DNA of 63,580 nt, filler included, from Calcarisporiella thermophila CBS 279.70 (GCF_041956535.1; 5 parts of 5 records of this genome joined end to end with filler, not necessarily neighbours in it); one strand, 5' to 3'. Counted from the first letter of the whole stretch, positions 12,998-25,072 are shown. Notes: generated from the letters alone by a model not told the origin. Numbers and translations: made by a program.

Positions 12998-13097
12998 NNN
13001 NNNNNNNNNNNNNNNNNNNNNNNNNNNNNNNNNNNNNNNNNTTAATTAATTAANNNNNNNNNNNNNNNNNNNNNNNNNNNNNNNNNNNNNNNNNNNN
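12998..13097. other. Artificial contig linker N44-TTAATTAATTAA-N44
   Basis: Six-frame stop palindrome centred in a 100-nt N block; identical at four sites. Confidence 0.95.
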
Positions 13098-13954
13098 AAG
13101 TAAGAATTGTATTGTGGCTTTTTAGTGGTTCAATATTCGATAGCTATCTTTCAAATTTAGGAAATTTGCATATCCTTTTAAAGAGGGAGGAGTGAAACTC
13201 CACCATTTCAGACTCAAAAACCAGTCCGGAGCGTACGATATATTGTAGATAAGGCAAAGCTTAGTTAACCCAGTGTAATGCAAGTTTGAAAATATTCCGA
13301 TATTGGGTAGCAATTTGTCTAAACAGCATTAGGTGGTAGATTCTATGGCTTTTAACTTGAATCTATATGCATATATACAAATACATTTGGTAATATCATA
13401 TTTAGATGTTCCTCGACCTGTAGATTGGAAATCATAAGCAGTAATGCTTTATGTCACCACACAGTCCTCTGTTGATGAGTTGGTATAACGAAGTTTGAAT
13501 CGCATTCATCTTGAGATTAAATTCTGCCATTACTTGGGAAAATCACTATGATTTACGAATATAACTTAACTGCAATGTAGCTTCACTTCAGTTGGAGTAA
13601 TTGTATGTACTTAATTAGTTATAAATTTTCGTTAATAATTCATGGAATTACAAATGGGATATGTTTTTTACTCTAAAAAATCTTACTTATCATATGACGT
13701 CTATAGCTGGGCCAGCAATCCGGATTGATTGGTTTAGGGATCCACTATTAATAAGGGTGTAGGCTTTATTACTTGCTAATCTTTCTAATCATTTTCTACT
13801 GCTAACTTAAAATCAATGATATTCGTAAATCAAGCATATATCCAATCCCTGTGACATACCAAGTGAATATCGAGTGGTTCACCGTCGAGGAGAATAATTG
13901 CTTCATATGGAATTCTACATGTACTTTTAAGATCATCTGTTAATACTTTCAAGG

Positions 13955-13962
13955 TATAAATA
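13955..13962 (+). promoter_or_regulatory. TATA box of the small secreted protein gene
   Basis: TATAAATA ~190 bp upstream of ATG 14148. Confidence 0.45.
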
Positions 13963-14147
13963 CGCGTTGATTTTTAATTGAGTAAACATCACTTTTGAAG
14001 AAAGCAACTTCAGTTTTCTTCCTTTTTCAAGCCCTTTCTACTATTCTCTAGATAAATACCGTGGTAAAAGCATCACAAAAAGCTTGATTTTTCTCGTTTT
14101 TAGTTTGCACCTAGCTTTAGCCCAAATACACTTCATCCCGTTAAACC

Positions 14148-14609
14148 ATGAAATTCTACATTATCGCGCTTGCTTGCGCCATCGCTGCGACCTTAACTTC
14201 TGCTCAAGCAAATGCCCAGAATGATGGTGTTGTCTTTCCAGACCGTCCACGAGGCAGCAGAACTAATTCTCGCTCGCGTTCCACTCCCTCGGTTGGCGGA
14301 AAAGCAGGATCGCAGATCAATGGTCAGGAGTCTAGCCGTACTTCGAACAACGCGCTTAAATCGTGTACGAATATGGAGTTTAAAGATTCAAAATCAAACC
14401 AATGCACGACAAACCGTGTCACTACGAGGATTGGAATCTCTCGCCGAGACGGCTTTACTGGAGAACAAGCTGCGAACCTGAACACTTTTGTAACTAGCGA
14501 ACGCCTGCAGCCTACCCAAGTTAATGGCAATACTTGTGTCTTCCAGGTTTCTGACGCACAATTCAGCAAGTTAAAGAGCAATTTTGATCGAGTGTTGGAC
14601 TGCAACTAA
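14148..14609 (+). CDS. Small secreted protein, 153 aa, unknown function
   Basis: Signal peptide MKFYIIALACAIAATLTSA; intronless; 4 Cys in the C-terminal domain; AATAAA downstream. Confidence 0.8.
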   Translation: MKFYIIALACAIAATLTSAQANAQNDGVVFPDRPRGSRTNSRSRSTPSVGGKAGSQINGQESSRTSNNALKSCTNMEFKDSKSNQCTTNRVTTRIGISRRDGFTGEQAANLNTFVTSERLQPTQVNGNTCVFQVSDAQFSKLKSNFDRVLDCN

Positions 14610-14981
14610 TGCAATTTTGCCAGACTAGAAATAGATAGAATTAGATAGAAAATACAGTAGATATATTTATGCAAGAAATTGAAATAAAAGAATAGAAATG
14701 ATCATGCAATCTGATTAAGTGGCAAAGTCAGCAAATAAGAGACGACTCTACCCACACTCCGTTGAAGGTTAGACGGAAACACTCTCCACACACATTCTTC
14801 TGGACGAAGGTACTCAGTATAGAGATGACACGGTTTGACTTCAGCAGAGTGGAAGTGTACCTGGAGTCAATGTGTCAGTGTTCAGTGGAAAATTAAGGAG
14901 GAAAAACTATGGTTATAGTTATTAAAATTAACTAAGGAAAATAATACATATTTATAAGCTAAAAGGTTAAAAGAATAATGC

Positions 14982-15030
14982 AGTGGCTAATGGCTTGGCT
15001 AAGTGGCTAATGGCTTAACTAGGTGGCTAT
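14982..15030. repeat. 20-bp tandem repeat, ~2.5 copies
   Basis: agtggctaatggcttggcta / agtggctaatggcttaacta / ggtggctat. Confidence 0.8.
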
Positions 15031-17122
15031 GAAACAAAAGAGTAAGAAACAGTGAAGGCATAGATAGTGTTGAATAAAAATCATCGTGGGGCTATGAGCA
15101 TATCCATAATAGAACGTATCCTCTTACAGGGAGAGCATCCAATTAATAGATTGTTTTGCAAGATTTCCTTTGATAGATGCTAAAAATGTCAGCTGGCCTG
15201 AAAATTCTGATGGTGGGAGAACAATGTTTAAACCTAATATCATCATAACTGGTTGCACCACGCTTATCATAACCACTCTGCCACACGAACTGGACCTGCA
15301 TATCCAGAATGTCCATCTCGCATGAGTAAATCTTCCTCGTCCATATCGTGGCTGAAGATCTCAACTCCATTCTTATTTCACAATTTCGTCAACCGCGACG
15401 AAATTAATTTCTTAATGTATTATTGCTGACAAGGAAGCATTTCCACTTGAACCGGTCGTAGTTCTTATTATTGGTCGCCCATTCTCATCTTCCACTGTTA
15501 CACTGCTCATCACAAAGAGCGAGTCAAGATGGCCTAAAAGAATTGTAATAAAGGCTTTATTGAAGTTCTCTTAACAGCTCAACATAACTATAAGTTAGCC
15601 TCAAAACAACGTACGGCCATGAAAGTGTCTTTGGCAATACGACAAGGCCTTTTAACTCGACGAGTGCCTCAGTCACGCCAATCTTACATTGATAGAAATA
15701 CATATGGAGTTGAATTAATTAAAATTACTACCGCCCTACTGAGCTTTTCCACAAAAGCGCCTGGCAATCGAGGAGCACAGTGACCTTATAATGTAAAAGG
15801 ATTGTTCATGAATCCAATTCCCCTTGGCCGTACCGATTACCATTGTACCGAAAAAGGCCTACTTATGCGTTAACTTCCGATGTCTTGTCATCGTTGCCTG
15901 AACAGTATCCCTTTCTACGGATTGACAATCCATTGTCTCGATTTTCGGGAAAAGACGGTTTCTTCTTTCGAGGTCAACAAACAATTTCATAAGATTCCCT
16001 CCGCAACCGAACAATCCCGCGTTATTACCGCGTTCATTAGGCATTAGATTGCAGTATGATCATTCTATCTTTAAGAGACGTATGAATCGGCTCCTTAAAA
16101 TACATAAGTGAATGATCGCAGTGGTGAACAAAGATGTTAGTATTTCGAACGTAACTAGACTGAGGCGTATCTCACTCTTAATTTACTTCTTAATTGGCTG
16201 TGGTGGCCCCAAACTTTCACTGGAAAATATATGTTTCATCTATCGAAAACCTCTCCGTACTCGGTCGAAATACGGTGACGGGGTCAATAAAAATTAGGTT
16301 AGCGAAATCACTCAAATCGGGGTAGAGAAGAGGGTTAAGAGGTTGTGTTAGTCCGACACGTGCACAAAGTTGACTTAGGGCCAATCATCCCCAAGTTATT
16401 TATGAATCCACAGCAGATAGAAGAGAGAGTCATTGGATCAGGAATCCTTCGCCCAGGGTAGAAACGGTGCCACAGGTTGTGATGAGAGCAAAACGCGGTT
16501 GGACCAAGTGGTGTAGCTCGTTCTTATATGAAAAAAAAAGAGAGCGTCCTCGCGGCCTTTCAGAGGCTGTAACTGCAATGAGAGGACTTCGCTCGTGAGA
16601 AATAGGCGCATTCGGGTCGATGGAACTGGCTGAATCGTGCGTGGCAAGCTGGAATAACCGCCACTTTGTGCACCGTGGATTGGGGATAAGAGAGGAACAA
16701 TATGAAACTAAGCTGACATCTGCTCGGTTTCGGGAGGCCTTTTAATAGATGCTTCGAACCTTCGGAAACTTCGCATCCATTTAAGCCCCGCTCGTGCTTC
16801 TGTCTGGTCAAACGATCTGCTCTAGAGCTCTTCTGCCCACTAAAATGGGAGGATTCGAACTCCGCGCCAATTGCTGAAAGAATTGGATATTCATTCAAGC
16901 CACCCGCGCACGTTACACTGTGCGACCACGGCCACACGATTGATGCCGGAGAGCCGCAAAGGTGGGCAATTAAGGTTGGAGATTACTCATTCCGGGCCCG
17001 TATGGTGCATCTGTGAGTAGATTCAAAGGTTACTCACTCTTTCTTTACTCGACTGAAATGCTAGCAATATGAAGGGTAAGCTGTTCTTCGGTTGAATTCT
17101 TATCCCGGGGTTTCGAAGCAGC

Positions 17123-17130
17123 TATATAAG
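17123..17130 (+). promoter_or_regulatory. TATA box
   Basis: TATATAAG 85 bp upstream of ATG 17208. Confidence 0.55.
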
Positions 17131-17207
17131 GGCAGTTTCGCACATCTATCCCAACAATTGAAACTTCGATCTCTTCGATTGCCTTGCTAATTCGTCCACT
17201 CTCAGTC

Positions 17208-17558
17208 ATGAAGTCCCAACTTATCTCTGCACTGCTCATGCTCTGTCTGTTCTCCCTCTATGCAGAAGGAGCAAACACGTGGTTCTTTACCGCCTGTACC
17301 AAGGCTAACTTAGCTGGTGGCTGTACAGAAGTAAAGGGCCACGGCTCTGGCTGTAACCCTGTGCCTGGAAGAGCCTATGCTAATTTGCAGTCTTTCTATG
17401 CCAACTTCCCGAGGAAAGGATGTACCTTCAAGCTCTGGGGAGGTGATTCGTGTGAACCGGCCCTTCTTGGCAAGGCGACCGAGACGTGGATGGTGAAGCA
17501 AACCTCCAGCCTCGGTAAATGGGGTAGAAGCTTTTCAATGGAGGGTCAGGGCTGCTAA
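17208..17558 (+). CDS. Small secreted Cys-rich protein (116 aa), possibly beta/gamma-crystallin-like fold
   Basis: Signal peptide MKSQLISALLMLCLFSLYAEG; six Cys in the mature part; pattern C..ANL.GGC...GC..V....LQSF....C.FKLW....C..RSF. Confidence 0.75.
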   Translation: MKSQLISALLMLCLFSLYAEGANTWFFTACTKANLAGGCTEVKGHGSGCNPVPGRAYANLQSFYANFPRKGCTFKLWGGDSCEPALLGKATETWMVKQTSSLGKWGRSFSMEGQGC

Positions 17559-18523
17559 TTTCCTCCTGGTGTAAAAATGTACTAGTTTTGTATACTCTCA
17601 GAGATCTGGGCCTTGATATTATCGAGAGAATCGAACCTACTTACAATTTTAGTATAATAAATAAGATTTATCATGCTCTTTGCTTAAAGTGATTAGAGAC
17701 GAGAAGACAAAAATAAAAATGATTTATAAGGGGTCAGAGTTGATATTTAGTATAGGATTACATGGGATGTATGGGATATGTAATTATAAGCAAAGTGTTT
17801 GATATACTGTATTAATAGAGTTTAAGTTCGAAGGATTTGATATTATTTAATACTATATATACTACCTTTTTTTTTTCTTATTGCTTTTAAATATCAAAAT
17901 ACACTCTCCCGTTTATTCGCAAGCTATTATTATTCATTTTACCATGATTAGGATTTTTGAGACGTATTTTTTGGTAGATATACTTGTATTGTTGGTTGAG
18001 TTACAATACACAGTTTTATTGCTCCATTAGACTACTGAATATGGCTAAAAAAATTGTATACATCATACTCGCATATATATTATTGCTTAATAAATCAGCT
18101 TGAAACCCATATAGCATTCTAACATTACATTCATCCAAAAATGACAGAAACCTTCTTTAAAGTAAAATGATTCAACTTAGGATTTCACATAGTGCAGAAG
18201 CTGTTCAACAATCGCCTCCCTCACAATATCGTCACCATGGTCTACATTGTAAAGGAGTCATCTGGAAAAAATCATTCAAGCATTTCCCGAGAAGTTTCTA
18301 TTGAGCTAATGTATTGTATCTTACATTGTTAAACGTTAATTTTGTCCCAATCCAACCCTACCATGGCTATGAAAATTAGGAGGGCTAAAAACCTAAAGCT
18401 ACATTAACTACTAATATCTTAGTGCCTGAAAGATCACTCAGAATCAAAAGATCACAAAGGACAACCGAGAAATTAGATATTCACATACATAGTATTTACA
18501 CAGATTATGCTCTACTAAAATTT

Positions 18524-20362
18524 TCATTTACTATCGGCAATGATCATGTCAGCTGCTTTTAGTCCCATCATGTGAGTGAATATTACCGGAAAGAAGCCAG
18601 GAACAATTGGAAAAGAGGATCCATCGACCACCCTTAAATTGTTGACACCACGCACGCGAAATCTCCCGTCCAATACCGATAGAGGATCATTATCAGAGCC
18701 GATTTTGTTCGTACAGCATGCATGATGACCAAAGGTTGATTTGCGAATATATTCCTTCAACTGCTCATCGGTATCTAACTCTCTACCCGGTCGACTCTCT
18801 TCAAAAGCGCTCTTTGGAAATTTTCTCCGCTGAATTCTGATTAGATTGATTACATCGCCTATATCCTTTTCTCCCTCCGTTTCGAAATATTTGAAATTGA
18901 TATAGGGCATATCATAAGGATCATTGGTTCTTAACTGGACTGTTCCGTTGAGTTTTGGATAAGCTTTAAGAAATACACGAGAAAAGGTGTTAATATCATC
19001 GTAGACTACCTTGGACCACCCCGTATAAAATTTGTAAAATTTGCCGAATGAAGTATAAACTGCATAGTCGGGCACCTCTAATTCCGAACTGGATTTGTGC
19101 AGCAACAAAGAGACGATGCCATTGAACGCATAACTACCTTTTCGCGTTTTGGTATACTCCTTGAAGCACTCATCTTCCATCGAGGGGCGAAACTGACATT
19201 TTTTTTTAGAGAATAGGTCGCTTTTTGGTTTGAGATTGTAGGCGAGCTCGTAGTGATCCTGCAAATTAAGCCCCACGCCCTTCAAATCTACCACTGGAGT
19301 AATTTTGTTTGCTAGTAAGTGCTCTCTATCCCCGATACCACTTAGCATGAGCAATTGGGGAGAATTGTATACTCCTGCTGATATGATCACCTCTCGACGT
19401 GCGCTCACATATCCAGGTATAGCCTTTGCACGGCGTTGGGGATTAGAGAGTGGGCTTGCCTTATACAAATATGCTCCCTTTCGGTATCGCACCCCACGTG
19501 CGGTTTTAGACTTGTCGATTATAATACGGGTGGCAAGCGTGTCAGTCCAGATGTGAAAATTTTGATATTTCTTAGCTGTATCGAGTATATATCCCACATA
19601 GTCACCCCGTTGACCAGTAGTTGGATCCACATTAATTGGGGCCGGACATATTCCCTCCACATCCGTTCTGAGCTTGTCGCGATAATAACCGTTCAAATCG
19701 CAGAAAGGGTTACCAAAAATATTAGTTAAAAACAAGGACTCATATAGCTTGTGAAATATAGATTTAAGAGTATAGATGAGATGGGATGTGGTCGAGTGAA
19801 TCAAGTCGGCGTAGCTTATCGGATTCCATCCCTCTTTGCCATGTACTTCCTTATTATTCTTGAAAGAAGGATGAAAATTCTTCTCCATACGCTTATAAAT
19901 CTCTCGCATCTTGCGTTCTTCAAAGCTTTTGTCTCCGGTTATTTCCACAAGTGTATCAAAATCTTGTTTTTTCGGATACACTGCTATCATTGCGTTGTGA
20001 ATGGAGCAACCTCCCAGTGCTCCTACTCGTGGATAAAATGTTTCCCCCTGATATTGAGTTGTGCCTTCGGAATATATCTTAGGAAAAAACGAAAAAGAGA
20101 TTTCCGGATCTTCGGTGGCCAAAGGGTAAAATAACGGAGTACGAGACGCGTCACTAACGTGTAACGGGCCAGCCTCCATAAGCAATACAGAAAAGCCGGC
20201 CTTGGCAAGTTCTACCGCAACTAACCCACCAGACGAGCCTCCTCCAACCACTATGTAGTCATACTCCGGCAATGTGTCATAACTAGCAGCTTTTCCCTCA
20301 ATTTGGCCTTTGATTTTGGCGAAAAGAAGTATGAATATCCAAAATATATATCCATTTATCAT
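18524..20362 (-). CDS. Secreted GMC oxidoreductase (AA3, choline/alcohol dehydrogenase-like), intronless
   Basis: YDYIVVGGGSSG, LLMEAG, LGGCSIHNAMI, EVIISAGVYNSPQLLMLSGIG, GVGLNLQDH, RVRGVNNLRVVDGS; hydrophobic N-terminus. Confidence 0.93.
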   Translation of the reverse strand: MINGYIFWIFILLFAKIKGQIEGKAASYDTLPEYDYIVVGGGSSGGLVAVELAKAGFSVLLMEAGPLHVSDASRTPLFYPLATEDPEISFSFFPKIYSEGTTQYQGETFYPRVGALGGCSIHNAMIAVYPKKQDFDTLVEITGDKSFEERKMREIYKRMEKNFHPSFKNNKEVHGKEGWNPISYADLIHSTTSHLIYTLKSIFHKLYESLFLTNIFGNPFCDLNGYYRDKLRTDVEGICPAPINVDPTTGQRGDYVGYILDTAKKYQNFHIWTDTLATRIIIDKSKTARGVRYRKGAYLYKASPLSNPQRRAKAIPGYVSARREVIISAGVYNSPQLLMLSGIGDREHLLANKITPVVDLKGVGLNLQDHYELAYNLKPKSDLFSKKKCQFRPSMEDECFKEYTKTRKGSYAFNGIVSLLLHKSSSELEVPDYAVYTSFGKFYKFYTGWSKVVYDDINTFSRVFLKAYPKLNGTVQLRTNDPYDMPYINFKYFETEGEKDIGDVINLIRIQRRKFPKSAFEESRPGRELDTDEQLKEYIRKSTFGHHACCTNKIGSDNDPLSVLDGRFRVRGVNNLRVVDGSSFPIVPGFFPVIFTHMMGLKAADMIIADSK

Positions 20363-21323
20363 CCTATTTGCTCAAAAACTAATAGAATTTTCTTGGATCA
20401 GTGAACGCAACTGTTTTTTTATTTACTTATATTGAGTTTATGTATTTGCCACAATTTTTGAATGGAAATGACAGGGTATTTAAATTTATTGTATCCGGAC
20501 TGCTTTCAGAGACTACAAGTGCTATTTTAAACGCATTTGCCAAAAAAAATTAGATATATGCTGATGATCATGCATGATAGGCCAAACTGAATCGAAGGCA
20601 CACCTAATTTGAAAATAGATTTTCATCATTCCAAGTTTATGAAAGAAATTACTACGTGAAACTTGAAGACTCATGGTTTAACAGTACGACAATTGCTTTA
20701 AGCTTCACACGCTTTCGAAACTTATTTTCCGTATTTTATCTCTAGAACATTATATCCATTATCTGGAAGAGAGATATGTAAGGTCGCGTTTGTTTAACTG
20801 AACAGTTAATGGAAGTAAAATTGTTTAGTGAAAGCCCTTTACATAAAATCTCTTATTACTGTTTGCTCTTTATCTTTCTGCTTTCAAAATATATTATCTT
20901 TTATTAGGATCTCAAGCGCATTCAACATTTTATATTGTAATATAGAACGGTGGAAAGTATAGATCCAAAATCGTTCAAAGGAAAAATTATAAACGATAAA
21001 GTAGTACTCTATGCTTTTTAGGTTGGAGTCAATAAATAAATATCAAAAGTTCATAATATACATGTTCTAAACGCACTGAAGAAAAAAGAGGCATATACAA
21101 AAAAAATTGAAGCGAATATCGTTGGTTACCGAAGAATATAATAGGAGGTAATGATCAGTATTGTCATGTTCCATCGGTGCAAGTGTATTGAATAGTTTAG
21201 ACAATATTGAGTGGGGGTTTTTGCATATAGACCTGGGTGATAGATCAACTATGACTAGTGCCCGAAAACTAGGTATTAACAATATACACAACTTCCTTAG
21301 GTGATATCTGCGTGGATCATTGT

Positions 21324-24279
21324 CTAGGTTTCGAACTCCTCAATTACTTGATATAGTGTCATCTTCTTAATTGGCTTGGTCACATAACGATCCATCCCAC
21401 ACCTCAACGCCTTCTTAGCATGCTCTTCTCTTGCGTTGCCACTCAAGCCAATAATTGGAATATTAATTCCACGTCGGCGTATCTCCAATGTGGCCGTGAT
21501 GCCGTCCATGACGGGCATCTGAATGTCCATGAATATTAGGTCTGGAGTTTTTGGCGGAAATACATTTGGATTTTTGGAGGGAAATAGGTGATCGAGAGCT
21601 TCAAGGCCGTTGTGAGCAACGGTAACGCTGTAACCTTTGTTTTCAAGGAAACGAACCATAATCTTTTGACTATATGTTCAAAGAAATAAGATCAGGTAGG
21701 TTGTAGATTAGCGATGGAAAGAGGCGCAGGTTTCGAAGGGTGCTTACTTTATCTCATTGTCTTCGACCACCAAAATATACTGGAAAGGTTTTTGTTGAGT
21801 GTTTAAAGGTGAGTGGTGCATTTGTAAATCCGAACAAGCAATTGACTTAGGTTTGAAAGCTTTTGTGATTGAATTGGAGGTGACAGACGAGGTCATTGGA
21901 AAAATTGACGCGGATTCTAGCTCCTTACTCAACTCAATTGGAAGTTCGGATACAGGCGATCTTAATGGCACTTGTGAGGTCAGAGGTGGATAAGTCAGGT
22001 TCTCGCCGATAAATGTGAACGTGAAGGTGCTGCCGACGTTCTTCTTGCTCTCAACACTAATAGTTCCCCCCATCAATTCAACTAGTCCCTTAGAGAGATA
22101 CAATCCCAATCCGGAGCCGCCATACTCTATAGTGGTCGATGAAGGCTGCGTGAATCGCTGAAAGAGTTGCTGTATTTCCTCCTCGGTCATTCCCAACCCA
22201 GTGTCCAGGATTGAAACGCGAAATTTAGTCTTGGTTGCCTGACGCTCAATAATGTCAAGAGTAATAGTTATGCTTCCTTTGGGGGTAAATTTGATAGCGT
22301 TCGCAACCAGGTTAATGATCACTTGCGAGAGACGATGAGGATCGCCTCTAACTCTGATATTAGAAATGGAGAAGTTTAGGCGGAAATCGAGACCTTTACG
22401 AGCAGTATAAGCCTCAAACATCTTGGCGACATCAGATATGGTGGCCTTCGGATCAAATTCGATGCTTTTTAGAATAGTTTTACCTTGCTCGAGCTAGTGA
22501 AATAATTAAAAGATAAATTACCATTTCCCTTTACATATTCAGGAATAAATTATGTCTTAGTCGAATGGCAACGCAAAAAATTCAGGAATTGCGACAACGA
22601 CAGTTATAACATCGAATAAAATTATCCATACCTTCGAGAGGTTTAAAACGTCATCTGTGATGATCTTCTGGTGAGCTACACACTTGAATATTGCTTGAAC
22701 ACACTCTTCATCGTGCTTAAGTTGCTCTCTTAACCTTTCTAAATCTCTAGGGCCCATCTTCTCCTGCATCACTAACTCCCGTCTCTCTGCAAGACTTTGT
22801 TCCAACAACTCAGTATTACCATATACGCCATTGAGAGGATTACGCAACTCATGACAGAGACTATCAATCCACAGTTCTTGTTGATATTTGTTCCTTTCCG
22901 CTTCTTCTGCGCGCTTCCTTTGATGTTCCTCAGCAGTGCGTTGTGCCTCAAATCGCTCTTTTTCAGCACACTTAAGATCGCTAACATCCACGATAGTGTG
23001 AACATAACCTCTTATGGTTCCATTTTCCGACCGATTTGGTACTGTTTCTCCATTGACCCACACAGTGGTTCCATCTGAATGAACAAAACGATATTCCCCA
23101 TGGAAAAAAGTGGTAGAGAATTCACTTGGTATAGACCCAGAAAATGGCCATTGAGACGAGAGACGCTGACGGTCATCCGGATAAACTGCATCGAGCCAGC
23201 CACTAAGACGGATCTCTGCATCGCTGCGCCCGACGATCTCACAGAAACGTTTGTTTAAATAGTAGCCGTCGTCTTCACCAAAAGCAGTACCATATACACC
23301 GACGGGTAAAATCGATAAGATGTTGGCATAATGGTCGCGCTCAGCAAAAAGCGCCTCTTGAGCTCGGCTAGAGAGTATTTGGAAATTGTGGTGAAGTATT
23401 GCCTCAGCAGTTTTGTGACGATAGACTTCGGTTTCGAGAGCGAGTAGTCTTTGTTGTAGCAGAGCGGTGATAACGGATTGGTCTAGCGTATTGCCTTCCA
23501 GTTGGAGAGTATAGGTTTCAGAAGGCGTCACCTTTGAATGTGTAGAACATATGCTTTTGAAAACTTCAAGATGGCTGGGATCTTTGAAACTGCTCATATC
23601 ATAGCCGCAGAGGAGAATAAACTTATGGCGATTTAAAAGCATATTCCACAAGTTCTCCAGCTCGATAGCAGTGTCATAATCGCCACGCTGTGAGAGGATA
23701 TTAACCAACTCTCCATATGCATATACACGCCCAGCAAATTTTTGTTCTACTTTGCGAACTAATTCACCAATATGCCGCTCAAACTCGAGGCTAAGAATTT
23801 TGCCGCCAGGTGATACAAGCTTGACTAAGAGTTCATTAGCATCGATCATCATGAGTTGTCCATTAGTTACTTTCTTTTCTACATCGACATGACGAGCACG
23901 GAGTTTGTCTTCGACAAACTCAAGATGAGTCTTGGTGGCAATAATGATAGCCGCATCGCGTGAACTGACAACGGGAGCGACAAAGCTGTATTAAAAAAAA
24001 GTAGCAGGAAAAATGTTAACCACTATTCCTTAGGTACTCCAAAATTTGCACTCTTAATCTGTATATGCACTTATATATATTTAGATCTTACCAAGTAATA
24101 ACGTTATATAAATGCTCCTCAGTCTCGTAAAACTGTAAGAGATGGTTATGCTCGGACCTCGCGTTCATTGGTGCAATTTCTTCGTACTTAGGAGGGGCGG
24201 CTTCATTTAGGTCCATTTCACTCTGACTATTCATATTACCAAGATTACCAGACATGCCATTATTACTGTCTCTCTTCAT
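21324..24279 (-). CDS. Hybrid histidine kinase MEDS-PAS-HisKA-HATPase-REC, 4 exons
   Basis: MEDS-like HLLQFYE..YAYGELVNIL..AIELENLWN..LLCGY; PAS WLDAVYPDD; H-box CHELRNPLNG; N-box NLVANAIKFT; DTGLGM; GGSGLGL; receiver DLIFMDIQMPVMDG..VTKP. Confidence 0.9.
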
Positions 24280-24530
24280 GTTGGTAATAATTAGAAGGTG
24301 ACAAGTCTGTGTGTAGCAGAAGTATTATAACACTTTCGGCGTAAGTAGTCAAAAGTGGAAGTGTGACAAAATCGTGATATGACATCCAATCGCATAGATT
24401 AATGATCTAACCTGTTATAGAGCGGTAAAACAATTCCCTGTGGATTAGACAAATCTAGATGTATTAGTTCATGGATAGCTATATAGCCTCTTTTTGCGGC
24501 GCAGTATTATTACAAAGCTTTTCTTGCATT

Positions 24531-24690
24531 GGGGGTGTTCACGCTTCCGCTCATTCGAATTATTTTGATCATAAATAAGCGAAATAGCGCATTGTGATTG
24601 GTTAATGATTTTTAGTAGCCAGTTAAAATGTAGAAATTTGCTTATTTTTAAGCAAAATAATCCGAATAAGCTGGAAGCGTGAACACCCCC
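24531..24690. mobile_element. MITE (PIF/Harbinger-like), 160 bp
   Basis: Perfect 18-bp TIR gggggtgttcacgcttcc extending imperfectly to ~55 bp; flanked on both sides by ATT (3-bp TSD). Confidence 0.85.
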
Positions 24691-24972
24691 ATTGAATGTT
24701 TATTGGGATTATAAATGCAAACAGATTGTCTCGTATGCGGTTGCACCTAACTCTTTAATATAACGAAAACTAATATCATTTAATTCCTTAGACGTCTTAT
24801 ACCAATAATCTTAGTAAACATATAAACCGAATTGCTACCGTATTAATCCAATCTACGAATCAACACATCTGGCAAAATTTTCTCATTTACGAATCATACT
24901 CAATCACTAGGATTACCAACGTACTTCGAATTGAGAATTCCGTCACTCTTAATAAAAATATAGCAACTATAT

Positions 24973-25072
24973 NNNNNNNNNNNNNNNNNNNNNNNNNNNN
25001 NNNNNNNNNNNNNNNNTTAATTAATTAANNNNNNNNNNNNNNNNNNNNNNNNNNNNNNNNNNNNNNNNNNNN
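24973..25072. other. Artificial contig linker
   Basis: N44-TTAATTAATTAA-N44. Confidence 0.95.

Noticed and set aside
13042-13053. TTAATTAATTAA palindrome as a biological motif
   Set aside because: Centred in identical N blocks four times; synthetic linker.
15143-15370. 75-aa minus-strand ORF and other short ORFs in 15-17 kb
   Set aside because: No recognisable motifs or splice structure.
19305-20208. Antisense and alternative-frame ORFs over the GMC gene (likewise over chitin synthase, kinase and LINEs)
   Set aside because: Shadow ORFs of well-supported genes.
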